DNA from: Spirochaetia bacterium
Lineage (GTDB): Bacteria > Spirochaetota > Spirochaetia > SZUA-6 > Bin103
Assembly: GCA_965203905.1 (NCBI GenBank)
Contig: CBDBDQ010000005.1
Coordinates: forward strand, 512,001-576,000
Length of the DNA stretch: 64,000 nucleotides
Direction of reading: 5' to 3'
Below are positions 1-9,154 of the stretch, piece after piece (position 1 is the first letter of the stretch; each line of letters opens with the position of its first letter). The translations under genes and the position numbers were made by a program. The notes below the pieces were generated by a model. It was not told where the DNA came from, did no database searches, and was given only the letters and a program-made list of their open reading frames with translations.

Positions 1-180
1 CTCGGTCCGCTGCGCGAACAGGCGCCGTGCATGGCCATGGGCCAGGCGGCCGGCACCGCGGCCTCCCTGGTCCCCGCCGGCGCCGGCTTCGCCGAGGTGG
101 GCGTCCCCGCGCTGCGCCAACGCCTGCGCGACCAGGGCGCCATCGTCGACTACGACCAGGCCTGGAACGACGACTCCTGA
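1..180 (+). CDS. FAD-dependent oxidoreductase (FAD_oxidored family), C-terminal end only
   Basis: Frame 1 reads LGPLREQAPCMAMGQAAGTAASL...LRQRLRDQGAIVD*. The 'CMAMGQAAGTAA' C-terminal motif is typical of this family. Runs off the window start. Confidence 0.7.
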   Translation, partial: LGPLREQAPCMAMGQAAGTAASLVPAGAGFAEVGVPALRQRLRDQGAIVDYDQAWNDDS

Positions 181-1390
181 GCGGCCTGAACCTTGACCAA
201 CAGCACCTGTTCAGGCGGGTTGCGGGTGCCGTAGCCGCGCGCGGCCGAGGGCGGAGCGAGGTCGGCGTCCAGGCGGGTGCCGATTCGGAATCGGGCGCCT
301 AACGGATTGGGCCGGTCCTCGACGGCGTCGACGATCAGCGGGCCGAGTGAGCCGCCGAACTTGAAGCCGTGGCCGCTGCCGCCGCCAGCGACGAAGATCC
401 GGTCCGCGCCCGGGACGCGGTCCACCAGGAAGTGATCATCCGGTGTGGTGGTATAGAGACAGGAGCGTCCTTCGACCACAGTACCGGCGGCCAGATCCGG
501 GAGGCGGGCACGCACGAAGGCGAGCGCTTCGGCGGCGAAATCCGCGGTACCCGCGCGGTCGATGTCCGGGTCGACGACCTCACCCAGGCGATCCTTGGCG
601 ACCTTGACGTAGCCTTCCCGGAGCAGGGGAAAGCCGTACCAGCCCTCGCCGCCGGGATCGATCATCCAGACCGGAACGCGATCGCGCCTGAATGCCGAGG
701 GGTCCGGCGGTGCGATCAACAGCATCTGCTGATGGGTCACCCGCACCTTGGCACCGATCGCGGGCAGCAGGCGGCCTACCCACGCCCCGGCCGACACCAC
801 GACGCGGTCGAACACGCCGCTTCCGTCCCGGTAGCCCAGCGCTACTCCGGAGGGCCGCTCCTCAATGCTCGTCACCGGGGTCGACTGGTACAGGCGGCAG
901 CCGCCGGCACGGGCGATGCCGGCCATGACGCCGATTGCCCGGCCGCTCTCGATGTAGCCGGCCCACGGGTCGAGGACGCATACCTCACCGTCGGCGAAGC
1001 GCAACTGGGGAAACCGCTCACCGGCTTCGCCCGCGGACAGCACCATGATCTCGGCACCGCGTTTCCGCAGGAACTGGGCACTGGCGTGCAGCGGGCCGCC
1101 CGGGTCGAACCGGGAGACGACCGTGAGGCTCCCATTCGGGTGGTAGAAACTGTCGCCCGCCAGCTCTTCCCACGCGCTCCACTGCAGCGCGGCTCGCTCC
1201 GCCAGCTCGACGTAGGTCTCGTTGTCGCTGGCGTACCAGGTGCGGCGAATCCCCTTGGCAACGTCGGTCGAGCTGGCGGGCGGATGGGGGACCTCACCCT
1301 GATCGAAGAGCGCCACGTCGTGGCCCCTCGCGCCGGCCTCGATCGCCGCCGCAAGCCCGAACACCCGGCACCGACTACCGCGATCTGCAT
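150..1390 (-). pseudogene. Sarcosine oxidase/SolA-like FAD-dependent oxidoreductase with a 1-nt frameshift in the GxGxxG motif (true frameshift or sequencing error)
   Basis: ATG at 1390 gives MQIAVVGAG; the frame then shifts to VFGLAAAIEA...ASSTD...CLYTTTPDDHF...GGSGHGFKFG. One G is missing in GCC-GGG-(G)TG at about 1362-1366. Confidence 0.75.
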
Positions 1391-1423
1391 GGGCGAATCA
1401 TAGCGGCCGGCCGCCGCCTCCCG

Positions 1424-1469
1424 CGAATCCGTTCAGCCGAGAGACGGTGTTCCAGGCTGATCGGATTCG
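1424..1469. repeat. 15-bp inverted repeat (hairpin or operator-like)
   Basis: CGAATCCGTTCAGCC (1424-1438) vs GGCTGATCGGATTCG (1455-1469), 14/15 complementary, just upstream of the oxidoreductase promoter. Confidence 0.5.
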
Positions 1470-1698
1470 TCACCGCTCCGTCCTTGGGGACGCCGCAGCG
1501 GACACATCGGGCACTTGGGCGCGCTTGGGCGCTTGCTGCCGGGTCGCGCCAGCCTCTACGTCGTGTTACGATCACGAGCATGATTGCCTCTCGCGGCGCT
1601 GCCGGACCTTGAGTTACAGGCCAACCGGATCGTGCAAGCACGGGGCTCACAGGACAGGTAGCGTTTCCCAGATCACGCGACCGGCAGGAGACATACGG

Positions 1699-2006
1699 TT
1701 TGGACACATCGGCGAGATCGAGAAACCGCTCTGGTCCAGCGCGGACAACCTGCGGGCCAACTCCCCTTCGCCAGCAACGAGTACTTCCTTCCCGTGATGG
1801 GGCTGATCTTCCTGCGCCACGCCTACAGCCGCTTCCTCAGGGTCAAGGCTGAGATCGAGCCCTCGCTGCCGACGCGCGGCGGCAGGTCACGCGCACTCAC
1901 CAAGGAGGACTTCTCCCGGAAAAGCGCGATCTTCCTGCATCCCGAAGCGCAGTTCGACCATCTCGTCTCCCTGTCTGACGGCGCCGATCGCGCGCAGGTC
2001 CTGTGA
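1699..2006 (+). pseudogene. hsdM: Type I restriction-modification methyltransferase N-terminal remnant
   Basis: HIGEIEKPLWSSADNLRANS / FASNEYFLPVMGLIFLRHAYSRF...LTKEDFSRKSAIFL matches the HsdM N-terminal pattern (LW.AAD.LR...Y..PV.GLIFLR). Frameshift at about 1762-1767, no start codon, truncated at 2006. Confidence 0.8.
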
Positions 2007-3100
2007 CGGAACGTAAGTCCATGGGGCGCCGTCGCGCGGGCGCTTCGATCCCTGCGCCAGTGGGAAAGGGAGAGTTGCCCGCTGACTATGCCGCCCTGCT
2101 CGGTGAGATCAAGGACCCCATCCGCAGTGAACGCGTGCGTGTCGTGTTGGCTGCCAACCAGGCGATGGTGCTGCTCTACTGGGACATCGGCAAGGCGATT
2201 CTCGCCCGCCAGGAGCGGGAAGCCTGGGGCGCCGGGACCATCGACCGACTTTCGCACGACCTCCGCGAGGCGTTCCCGGACATGCGGGGATTCTCGCCCC
2301 GCAACCTCAAGTACATGCGCGCCTTCGCCGCTGCGTGGCCCGAACGCGAATTTGTGCAGCAGGCTGCTGCACAAATTCCGTGGTTCCATAACTGCGTTCT
2401 CCTGGACAAGGTGTCGGATCGCCGGACCCGACTGTGGTACGCGACCAAGACTCGACAGGAGGGTTGGAGCCGGAGCGTGCTCGCGATTCAGATCGAGAAC
2501 CGGCTGCACGAGCGCCAGGGCAGCGCCGTCACCAACTTCCCGCGGACGCCGCCGCCGTCCGACTCCGATCTGGCCACGCAGGCGTTCAAGGACCCGTACC
2601 TGTTCGACTTCCTCGGCACCGCCGAGCCGCGCACGGAACGGGAGCTCGAACAGGGGCTCGTGGACCACATCCAGCGCTTCCTGCTGGAGATGGGAGCTGG
2701 ATTCGCCTTCGTCGGCCGGCAGGTGCTCCTGGAGGTCGGCAACAGCGACTCTCACGTGGACCTGCTCTTCTACCACCTCCAACTCCGTCGCTTCGTCGTC
2801 GTGGAGCTCAAGGCGGTCCCGTTCAGCCCCGCCTTCGTCGGCCAGATGAACCTGTACCTCTCCGCCGTGGACGACCTGATGCGCCACCCCGACGACGCGC
2901 CCACCATCGGCCTGCTGCTCTGCAAGGGCAAGGACCGGATGGTCGTGGAGTACGCCTTGCGTGACCTCGCCAAGCCCCTGGGCGTCGCGGACTGGGAGAC
3001 CCGCCTGGTCGAGGTCCTGCCGGACGACCTCAAAGGCAGCCTGCCGACCATCGAAGAGATCGAAGCGGAGTTGCACGGAACCGACGAGGACGAAGGATGA
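2003..3100 (+). CDS. DUF1016/YhcG-family PD-(D/E)XK nuclease domain protein
   Basis: LYWDIG, GFSPRNLKYMRAFA, KDPYLFDFL, LLEMGAGFAFVGRQ, DLLFYH, VVVELK, GQMNLYL and TIGLLLC motifs. Confidence 0.92.
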   Translation: MTERKSMGRRRAGASIPAPVGKGELPADYAALLGEIKDPIRSERVRVVLAANQAMVLLYWDIGKAILARQEREAWGAGTIDRLSHDLREAFPDMRGFSPRNLKYMRAFAAAWPEREFVQQAAAQIPWFHNCVLLDKVSDRRTRLWYATKTRQEGWSRSVLAIQIENRLHERQGSAVTNFPRTPPPSDSDLATQAFKDPYLFDFLGTAEPRTERELEQGLVDHIQRFLLEMGAGFAFVGRQVLLEVGNSDSHVDLLFYHLQLRRFVVVELKAVPFSPAFVGQMNLYLSAVDDLMRHPDDAPTIGLLLCKGKDRMVVEYALRDLAKPLGVADWETRLVEVLPDDLKGSLPTIEEIEAELHGTDEDEG

Positions 3101-3170
3101 CGTCCGTACGGGCGCTGGCGGCGCGCTGAATATTTTGCCGGCGCCGGCGCACCGGGGTAGCTTGAAAGCC

Positions 3171-4364
3171 GTGAGCGAACCACCGCTACGGGTATTCCAA
3201 CCCGGCACGGGAGCCGCTCCGCCGGCGCTTACGGGACGAGAGCCGGAACAGGCGGTCATGGCCCGTTGCCTGGCGGACTTGGCCGGCGGCAGGTCGCCGC
3301 CCCGCGACGTCGCGCTGATGGGGCCGCGCGGGAATGGCAAGACGGTGTTGCTCAACTGGTTCGAGGGACGCTGCCGCCGTGCCGGCAAGGTGGACGTAGC
3401 GCGGCTGTCCCCCAGCCGAATACGGACCGAGCAGGCCCTGGTCGACGCGTTGCTGCCGGCGACCGGCATCAAGCGAATCCTGCCCCGGAAGCTTGGCATC
3501 GCGGGCGTCGGCGAGGCCGAATGGGCGGTGTCATCCCCGTCAGCGCAGAACCTGACAGCGCGACTGGCCGCTCGCTGCCGCAAGAGGCCGCTGGTCGTCC
3601 TGCTCGACGAAGCCCATGTGCTGGAGCGTGACGTCGGCCAACTGCTGCTGAACGTCAGCCAGGAGGTCCGAGCGAACGCGCCGTTCCTGTTGGTGCTGGC
3701 GGGCACGCCGGGCCTCCTGGCGCAACTCAGCGCCATGGACGCATCCTTCTGGAGCCGCCTGGGTGAAGGGCGCCTGGGCATCGGCTTGCTGAGCGACGCG
3801 GCCACCCGCGCCGCGCTGGTCGAGCCGCTCGCGGCCCACGGCGTGAGCATCGACGTGAACGTCCTCGATGCGGTGGTCGAAGACAGCCAGCGCTACCCGT
3901 ACTTCGTCCAGCTCTGGGGCGAGGCGCTGTGGAAGCGGCGCCTGACCACTGGCGCGACGCGGCTCACCGCCGCTCACGCGCAGGAGGCGCAGTGCGACGT
4001 CACCGCCCGGGTAACCGACTACTACCAGGATCGGTACCTCGAGCTGGATCAGTCGGGTTGGCTGGCTGTCGGCGAGCAGGTGGCGACGCGGCTTCGAACC
4101 ATGCCGACGTTGACCTACGCCGAGTTGAAGTCCGCCATCGAGGATGGCCTCACCGCAACGCCGGACCCCAAGTCCGTGCCGGCTGCCCTGGCCGCGTTGC
4201 AGCGCCTGGGCTTCGTCTGGTGCCCACCCGGGCAGCAACCGCCCGTTCAGTACGAGCCAGGCATCCCTTCGCTGATGGCCTACGTGCTGGACTGCGCACA
4301 GCCCCCGCGCCAGCGCCGGGAGCCTGACCAGGCGAACGAAGATCCCGGGCAGTCATCGGCGTGA
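3171..4364 (+). CDS. AAA/STAND-like ATP-binding protein
   Basis: PGTG..PP.LTGRE, Walker A GPRGNGKT, Walker B VVLLDEAH, LAGTP, YPYFVQLWG. Start taken as GTG 3171, 7 nt after TAGCTT. Confidence 0.8.
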   Translation: MSEPPLRVFQPGTGAAPPALTGREPEQAVMARCLADLAGGRSPPRDVALMGPRGNGKTVLLNWFEGRCRRAGKVDVARLSPSRIRTEQALVDALLPATGIKRILPRKLGIAGVGEAEWAVSSPSAQNLTARLAARCRKRPLVVLLDEAHVLERDVGQLLLNVSQEVRANAPFLLVLAGTPGLLAQLSAMDASFWSRLGEGRLGIGLLSDAATRAALVEPLAAHGVSIDVNVLDAVVEDSQRYPYFVQLWGEALWKRRLTTGATRLTAAHAQEAQCDVTARVTDYYQDRYLELDQSGWLAVGEQVATRLRTMPTLTYAELKSAIEDGLTATPDPKSVPAALAALQRLGFVWCPPGQQPPVQYEPGIPSLMAYVLDCAQPPRQRREPDQANEDPGQSSA

Positions 4365-4463
4365 ACGCGCGGGGGCGGCCGCGGCCGCCAGTCCCCGCCC
4401 GGCGCCTCGCGCGCCCCAGGATCACGCCGCGGACGGGTTCGCCTGACCTGTTCCGGCCGGCCC

Positions 4464-4508
4464 ACGGGCGGTGCGGCGGCCACCACAGACCGGCCGCCGC
4501 CCGCCCGT
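4464..4508. terminator. GC-rich hairpin between convergent genes
   Basis: ACGGGCGGTGCGGCGGCC / GGCCGCCGCCCGCCCGT stem with one bulge; no clear U-tract. Confidence 0.45.
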
Positions 4509-4522
4509 TGGCGACTACTTGA

Positions 4523-6079
4523 TCAGTTGATCAGTCCGAAGTTGCGGAACTGGGCCTCGGCCTCGTCGAGGAGCTGTTGGCCGCCGGCGGCCAGCCAGCG
4601 CTCGCGGAAGCCGTCGTAGTCCGAGGTCTCGCCGGTGGCGTAGCGGAAGTCGAACTCGGCCTGCATCACCGCCAGCTCTTCCACCAGCGTCGGATCCAGC
4701 GTCAGCAGCAGGTCGTAGCGCGGATAGGTGGGCAGCCGCAGCGCCGCCTTGTTCATCTCCAGCTCGGCCAGCGTGGCACCCTCCAGCTCGTCGCCGGAGC
4801 CCTCGATCAGCTTGTCGCCGCGGCTGGCGATCGAGTAGCCCCAGTCGTACAGCCCCAGGTTGCAGCCGTCGCAGTAGCCGCGCTTGTTGACGCCCACCTC
4901 GCCCTGCACATTCATGAACTTCCAGCCGTCGCCGGCGTCCTTGACTACGAAGCCGTCGATCTCCACGCCCCAGCGCAGCCTCCAGAAGCCGTCATTGGGA
5001 TACGCCGTGTCTTCGATGATCCTGAGGATGCGCCCCATCTTCACCGCATCGCTCTCCGCCTCGGCGCTCACCGTGCGGGAAATGCCCCACAGCGAACCCT
5101 CGGGGATCGTGCCGCCGCGCTCCCCGCCCATCGGCGTGGCCATGGTCTGCCACCAGCCGATCGTCTTGCCGGTGTTGCCGGTGCCGTTTTCCGACTCGTT
5201 GGCGAGCACGCCCGGATACCAGGCGAAGCCATACCGACCGGCGAACAGCGCCGGCTTGCGGTCGTTCCAGGAGATCGTGTACCAGTCGGGATCGATCAGC
5301 TTCTCGCTCACCGCCGTGCGCAGGAAATCGAGGAACTCCTTCCACTCACCGTTGACGATCGGATGGGTTACCGCATTGTCCGCGATCCCGAACGTCTGCT
5401 CCTCGGCCCACATCTGCACCAGGTTCCGGATCTCGCCCACGCCCGACTTGTTGCCCGCGGACGTGAACGCGTAGGTGTCGTCCTTGCCGTTGCCGTCGGG
5501 GTCGTCGAAGGTGAACCGGCGCGCCACCTCCAGCAGCTCCTCGGGCGTGGTCGGCACCTCCAGGCCCAGGTTCGCCAGCCAGTCGGTGCGCACCTTCCAC
5601 GCCCAGATGGCGGGGTTGGGCGGGCTCGCGAGCAGCGCCAGCTTGCCGTCGAAGGTGAGCGCGGTCTTGGCCAGGTCGGCCATTTCGCGCAGCACGGTCG
5701 GCACCTCGCCGGCGTAGGCGTTCCAGTCCTCCACCAGCACGCCCTCGCGCCACAGGTTGACCATCAGGTCCTTGTTGTAGTGGCTGATGATGTCCGGCAC
5801 GTCGTCGGAAGCGAATCGCACCAGCACCTGGGACGGGAACTCGCGCGTATTGTTGAGCGTGAATTCCACGTTGTAGGTCTCGTTCAGCCACTTCTGGTAG
5901 GGGTCGTCCTCGCCCCTCGGCGTGCCCACCCAGGCGCCCTGCATCAGCTCGATGGCGACCGTCCGGTCGGGATCTTCGGCGGCCGCGGCATCGGCCTCTC
6001 CCGACGCTCCGACCGTCAGCGGCACCAGCAGCGACAGCGACAGCAACGCCGCCGTCCACAGTGTTGTCTTGGGAACCAT
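4523..6079 (-). CDS. Carbohydrate ABC transporter solute-binding protein (LplA-like, family 1)
   Basis: Signal peptide, then VRTDWLANLGLEVPTTPEEL..F...DPDGNGKDDT motif; follows two permeases. Confidence 0.9.
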   Translation of the reverse strand: MVPKTTLWTAALLSLSLLVPLTVGASGEADAAAAEDPDRTVAIELMQGAWVGTPRGEDDPYQKWLNETYNVEFTLNNTREFPSQVLVRFASDDVPDIISHYNKDLMVNLWREGVLVEDWNAYAGEVPTVLREMADLAKTALTFDGKLALLASPPNPAIWAWKVRTDWLANLGLEVPTTPEELLEVARRFTFDDPDGNGKDDTYAFTSAGNKSGVGEIRNLVQMWAEEQTFGIADNAVTHPIVNGEWKEFLDFLRTAVSEKLIDPDWYTISWNDRKPALFAGRYGFAWYPGVLANESENGTGNTGKTIGWWQTMATPMGGERGGTIPEGSLWGISRTVSAEAESDAVKMGRILRIIEDTAYPNDGFWRLRWGVEIDGFVVKDAGDGWKFMNVQGEVGVNKRGYCDGCNLGLYDWGYSIASRGDKLIEGSGDELEGATLAELEMNKAALRLPTYPRYDLLLTLDPTLVEELAVMQAEFDFRYATGETSDYDGFRERWLAAGGQQLLDEAEAQFRNFGLIN

Positions 6080-6134
6080 TCGTTACCTCCTCATGGTTCA
6101 CGATTCGGCCGCGGCACCGTGCCGCGAGCCTGAG

Positions 6135-7013
6135 CTATCCCTTGATCGATCCCAGGTATACGCCTGAGACGAAGTGTTTTTGCAGGAACGGATACACCAG
6201 CAGAATCGGCACCGTGCCGAGCACCGTAATCGCCATCCGCAGCGACATGAGAGACACCCGGTTCACCATCTCTCCGGTCTGGAAGTTCATGTCCCAACCG
6301 AGGTTGGTATTGAACAGATTGACCATGATGAGCTGCAGCGGCATCAGGTACTCGTTGCGAACGTAGATCAGCGCGTCGAACCAGGCATTCCACTGCGCCA
6401 CGGCGATGAACAGCGACCAGGCCGCGATCACGGCGGTGCTCATCGGGATCATGATATGCACCATGAGCCGCACCTCGCCGACCCCGTCCATGTACGCCGC
6501 CTCCTCGATTTCGCGCGGCGTGTTGCCGAAGAACTGCTTGAACACCATCACCCCCCAACTGTCGATCAGCAGCGGCACGAAGAACACCGGAAACGTGTTC
6601 AGCAAGCCGAGTCCGGCGACCACCAGGTAGGTGGGGATGAGGCCTCCGGGAAACAGGATCGTGATCAGCACCAGCACGATCAGCGTCTGGCGCCCCGGCA
6701 GGCGCTGGCGCGACAGGATGTAGCCCATGGTCATGGTGAACAGCAGGATGCAGGGAGTGCCGATCACGACCCGGGCCACGCTCACCATCAGCGAATTGGT
6801 GAACACCGGCGTGCGCACGATCACGTTGACGTAGGCGCGCAGCGTGGGACTGGTGGGCCACAGCAGGAAGCCGCCGCTCTCCACCCACTCCTTCTCGCTG
6901 GTCAGCGACAGCGCCACCACGTAGGTGAGCGGATATACGCAGGCCACGCACAGCAGCACGATGGCGGTGCCGATCACGTACTGGTAGACGTGCTCCGCGG
7001 TAGCCTGCTGCAT
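6135..7013 (-). CDS. Carbohydrate ABC transporter permease (LplC-like)
   Basis: FPGGLIPTY, EAA loop EIEEAAYMDG, WNAWFDA, PILLVYPFLQKHFVSG...GSIKG. Start at MQQATAEH. Confidence 0.92.
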   Translation of the reverse strand: MQQATAEHVYQYVIGTAIVLLCVACVYPLTYVVALSLTSEKEWVESGGFLLWPTSPTLRAYVNVIVRTPVFTNSLMVSVARVVIGTPCILLFTMTMGYILSRQRLPGRQTLIVLVLITILFPGGLIPTYLVVAGLGLLNTFPVFFVPLLIDSWGVMVFKQFFGNTPREIEEAAYMDGVGEVRLMVHIMIPMSTAVIAAWSLFIAVAQWNAWFDALIYVRNEYLMPLQLIMVNLFNTNLGWDMNFQTGEMVNRVSLMSLRMAITVLGTVPILLVYPFLQKHFVSGVYLGSIKG

Positions 7014-7018
7014 CGACC

Positions 7019-7939
7019 CTACCACAGCCCCACGTTGGCGTACCGGGTGGCCAGCTTGTTGCACACCAGCACCAGGATCAGCCCGAACACCGATTGGAAA
7101 AACGACACCGCGCTGCCCAGGCTGTACTGGATCTTGGACAGCCCCTGGCGGTACACCCAGGTGTCCATCACGTCGGCGATGCTGTACACCGGCGGACTGT
7201 AGAACAGCAGGATCTGCTCGGTGAACTCGCCCCGCAGGATGTTCCCCAGGGACAGGATGAGCAGAAAAATGATCACGAAGGAGATGCTCGGCAGGGTGAT
7301 GTAACGGATCCGCTTGAGGGGACCGGCGCCGTCGATCTTGGCAACCTCGAACAGCTCGGTGTTGATCGACATCAGCGCCGCCAGGTAGATGATGGTGCTC
7401 CAGCCAAGTTCTTTCCATAACGCCGACAGCAACAACAACGGCAGGAAGTAGAAGCGGCCCATCAGGAAGTTCTGCGGCTCGATCCCGAAACGGCCGAGCA
7501 GCGCGTTCAACACGCCGGCATTGGAGAACAGCGCATACACAATGGAATACACGATGACCCAGGAAAAAAAGTGCGGTATGTAGACCAGCGTCTGGCAGGT
7601 GCGTTTCAACCTGCGGCCGGCCAGGTCGAACAGCATGATCGACAGGATGATCGGCGGAAAGAACCCGACCAGCAGCCGCAACAGGCTCAGGTTCACCGTG
7701 TTCCTGATCACCTGAAGCATCTGCGGGGAGGTGAAGATGTGCTCGAAATTGGCCAGCCCGATCCACTCGCTGCCCCACACGCCGCCGCGCAGACGGAAGT
7801 CCTTGAAGGCCAGCACGGCCTGCAGCAGGATCGGGTAGTAGCGGAAGATGAGAAGAAACGCCAGGCACGGAATCAGCAGCAGATAGAGCGCGGAATAGCG
7901 CCTGATGAGCCCCCGATTCTGCTGCGACAGCAACCCCAC
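7019..7939 (-). CDS. Carbohydrate ABC transporter permease (LplB-like)
   Basis: SEWIGLANF, YIPHFFSWV, WKELGWSTIIYLAAL, ELFEVAKIDGA. GTG start preceded by GAAGGGGGGA. Confidence 0.92.
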   Translation of the reverse strand: MGLLSQQNRGLIRRYSALYLLLIPCLAFLLIFRYYPILLQAVLAFKDFRLRGGVWGSEWIGLANFEHIFTSPQMLQVIRNTVNLSLLRLLVGFFPPIILSIMLFDLAGRRLKRTCQTLVYIPHFFSWVIVYSIVYALFSNAGVLNALLGRFGIEPQNFLMGRFYFLPLLLLSALWKELGWSTIIYLAALMSINTELFEVAKIDGAGPLKRIRYITLPSISFVIIFLLILSLGNILRGEFTEQILLFYSPPVYSIADVMDTWVYRQGLSKIQYSLGSAVSFFQSVFGLILVLVCNKLATRYANVGLW

Positions 7940-8116
7940 GGTCCCCCCTTCCCGGCACCGTACGTGGCGCCCGCCGCTCCCGTCAAGCGCGCGCCTGCCG
8001 CGCGGTGGCCGACGGCCGGCAACGCCGCAGCGGCCACAAGCCGGTAGTCGGCAACGCTCCAGCCGCTCAAGGAACGGTTGGCCTCGCCCGATGTTCCGAG
8101 TGACGGCCACTGCCGT

Positions 8117-9124
8117 ATGACGATCCCGCAGATTCACGACCGACTGTTCCGCAACGTGTTCGGCGACCGCAGCGAGGCCGCCGCCCTGCTGCGGCCGCAC
8201 TTGCCGGCGCCATTGGCCGACGCCTTGAACTGGTCCACCCTCAGCCTGCTGAACCGCAGCTACATCGACGACGATGCGCGCGCCAGCGAGTTGGACCTGC
8301 TGTTCACTATCGAGCGTAACGCGGACGAGGCGCCGCTGGCGCTGTACGTGCTGCTTGAGCACCAATCAGAGCCCAGCCGCTACATGCGGTTGCGGCTGCT
8401 GAAGTACTGCTGCCGGATCTGGGAACAGGCGGAGCAGGAGCCAGGGCGGCTGCGCGCCATCGTGCCGGTGGTGCTCTATCAGGGCCGCCGACGGTGGCCG
8501 TGGCCCACCGAGTTGTCCGAGTTGTACGCGCCGGTAGAACGGGAGTGGCCATGGACGCCGCGCTTCGCCCACCTGCTGATCGATCAGTCGCAGGCCGCAG
8601 GTGAGCGGTTGGGCGGTGGACCCCGTGGGCGAATCGCGCTGCTGGCGCTGATGGCAGCATACCGGCACGGCCACGAGCAGTTGCAGTTGGCGCTGCGCGT
8701 GGTGCGCCTGTTGGCGGCGTTGCCGCCAACAGGACGTTTCGATATCGTCAAGTTGTTCGTAACCTACTTGCTGCAGACTCAGGACGAGGCCCATCTGCCG
8801 CAGCTCAGCGAGGAGTGGCGGCGGCGGGCGCCGGAGGCGGGAGGTGACTTCGTGACCATAGCGGAAATGCTCATCAAGCAGGGCCGTCAGGAGGGCCGTC
8901 AGGAAGGCCGCCAGGAAGGCCGCCAGGAGGGCCGTCAGGAGGGCCGCCAGGAAGGCAGAATCGAGACTCTCGAACAGATGGTCCGCTCCGGGATGGAGTG
9001 GCCGCTGATCGAGTCGGCCGCCGGCAACGATCCCGACACACTGCGGGCGCTCAAGGAACGTTTGGACCCGGAACAGACCAACGGCCGCGCCGACGGTGCC
9101 GATAAGCCGGAGCTGCCTCGCTGA
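8117..9124 (+). CDS. Rpn-family recombination-promoting nuclease (Transposase_31/PD-(D/E)XK)
   Basis: HDRLFRNVF, SELDLLF, LYVLLEHQS, MRLRLLKY, IVPVVLYQG..W, and a C-terminal TIAE..(GRQE)n tail. Confidence 0.9.
   Translation: MTIPQIHDRLFRNVFGDRSEAAALLRPHLPAPLADALNWSTLSLLNRSYIDDDARASELDLLFTIERNADEAPLALYVLLEHQSEPSRYMRLRLLKYCCRIWEQAEQEPGRLRAIVPVVLYQGRRRWPWPTELSELYAPVEREWPWTPRFAHLLIDQSQAAGERLGGGPRGRIALLALMAAYRHGHEQLQLALRVVRLLAALPPTGRFDIVKLFVTYLLQTQDEAHLPQLSEEWRRRAPEAGGDFVTIAEMLIKQGRQEGRQEGRQEGRQEGRQEGRQEGRIETLEQMVRSGMEWPLIESAAGNDPDTLRALKERLDPEQTNGRADGADKPELPR
8852..9124 (+). CDS. Predicted intragenic small Rpn (RpnS-type antitoxin), 90 aa, in frame with the Rpn gene
   Basis: Perfect SD GGAGGT at 8840-8845, 6-nt spacer, in-frame GTG at 8852 (M-T-I-A-E-M-L). 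Confidence 0.65.
   Translation: MTIAEMLIKQGRQEGRQEGRQEGRQEGRQEGRQEGRIETLEQMVRSGMEWPLIESAAGNDPDTLRALKERLDPEQTNGRADGADKPELPR
8882..8953 (+). repeat. 12-bp tandem repeat x6 (GGCCGYCAGGAR) encoding GRQE
   Basis: Six consecutive units read directly in the Rpn C-terminus. Confidence 0.95.
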
Positions 9125-9154
9125 CGTCTCCCCTGCCGCCGGCGGTCGCTGCCG

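Noticed and set aside
1355-1372. Programmed ribosomal frameshift in the oxidoreductase
   Set aside because: No recognisable slippery heptamer or stimulatory element; a simple indel explains it.
1823-3850. 675-aa minus-strand ORF, and similar long antisense ORFs (4577-6133, 12649-15345, 21569-23044, 32365-34197)
   Set aside because: They are shadows of well-supported genes on the opposite strand; long antisense frames are expected at this GC content and they show no motifs.
6135-8365. Long N-terminal extensions or fusions in the ORF track (607-aa and 448-aa permeases; also 15173-16501, 53470-54960, 55847-57478, 59596-61680)
   Set aside because: The extensions overlap neighbouring real genes in other frames; internal starts with RBS or coupling give normal lengths.
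8882-8953. Regular repeats as a possible CRISPR array
   Set aside because: 12-bp units with no spacers, in frame within the Rpn gene; no cas genes in the window.
8117-9124. Rpn gene as an IS element
   Set aside because: No terminal inverted repeats or target duplication seen; the 'putative transposase' label for this family is historical.
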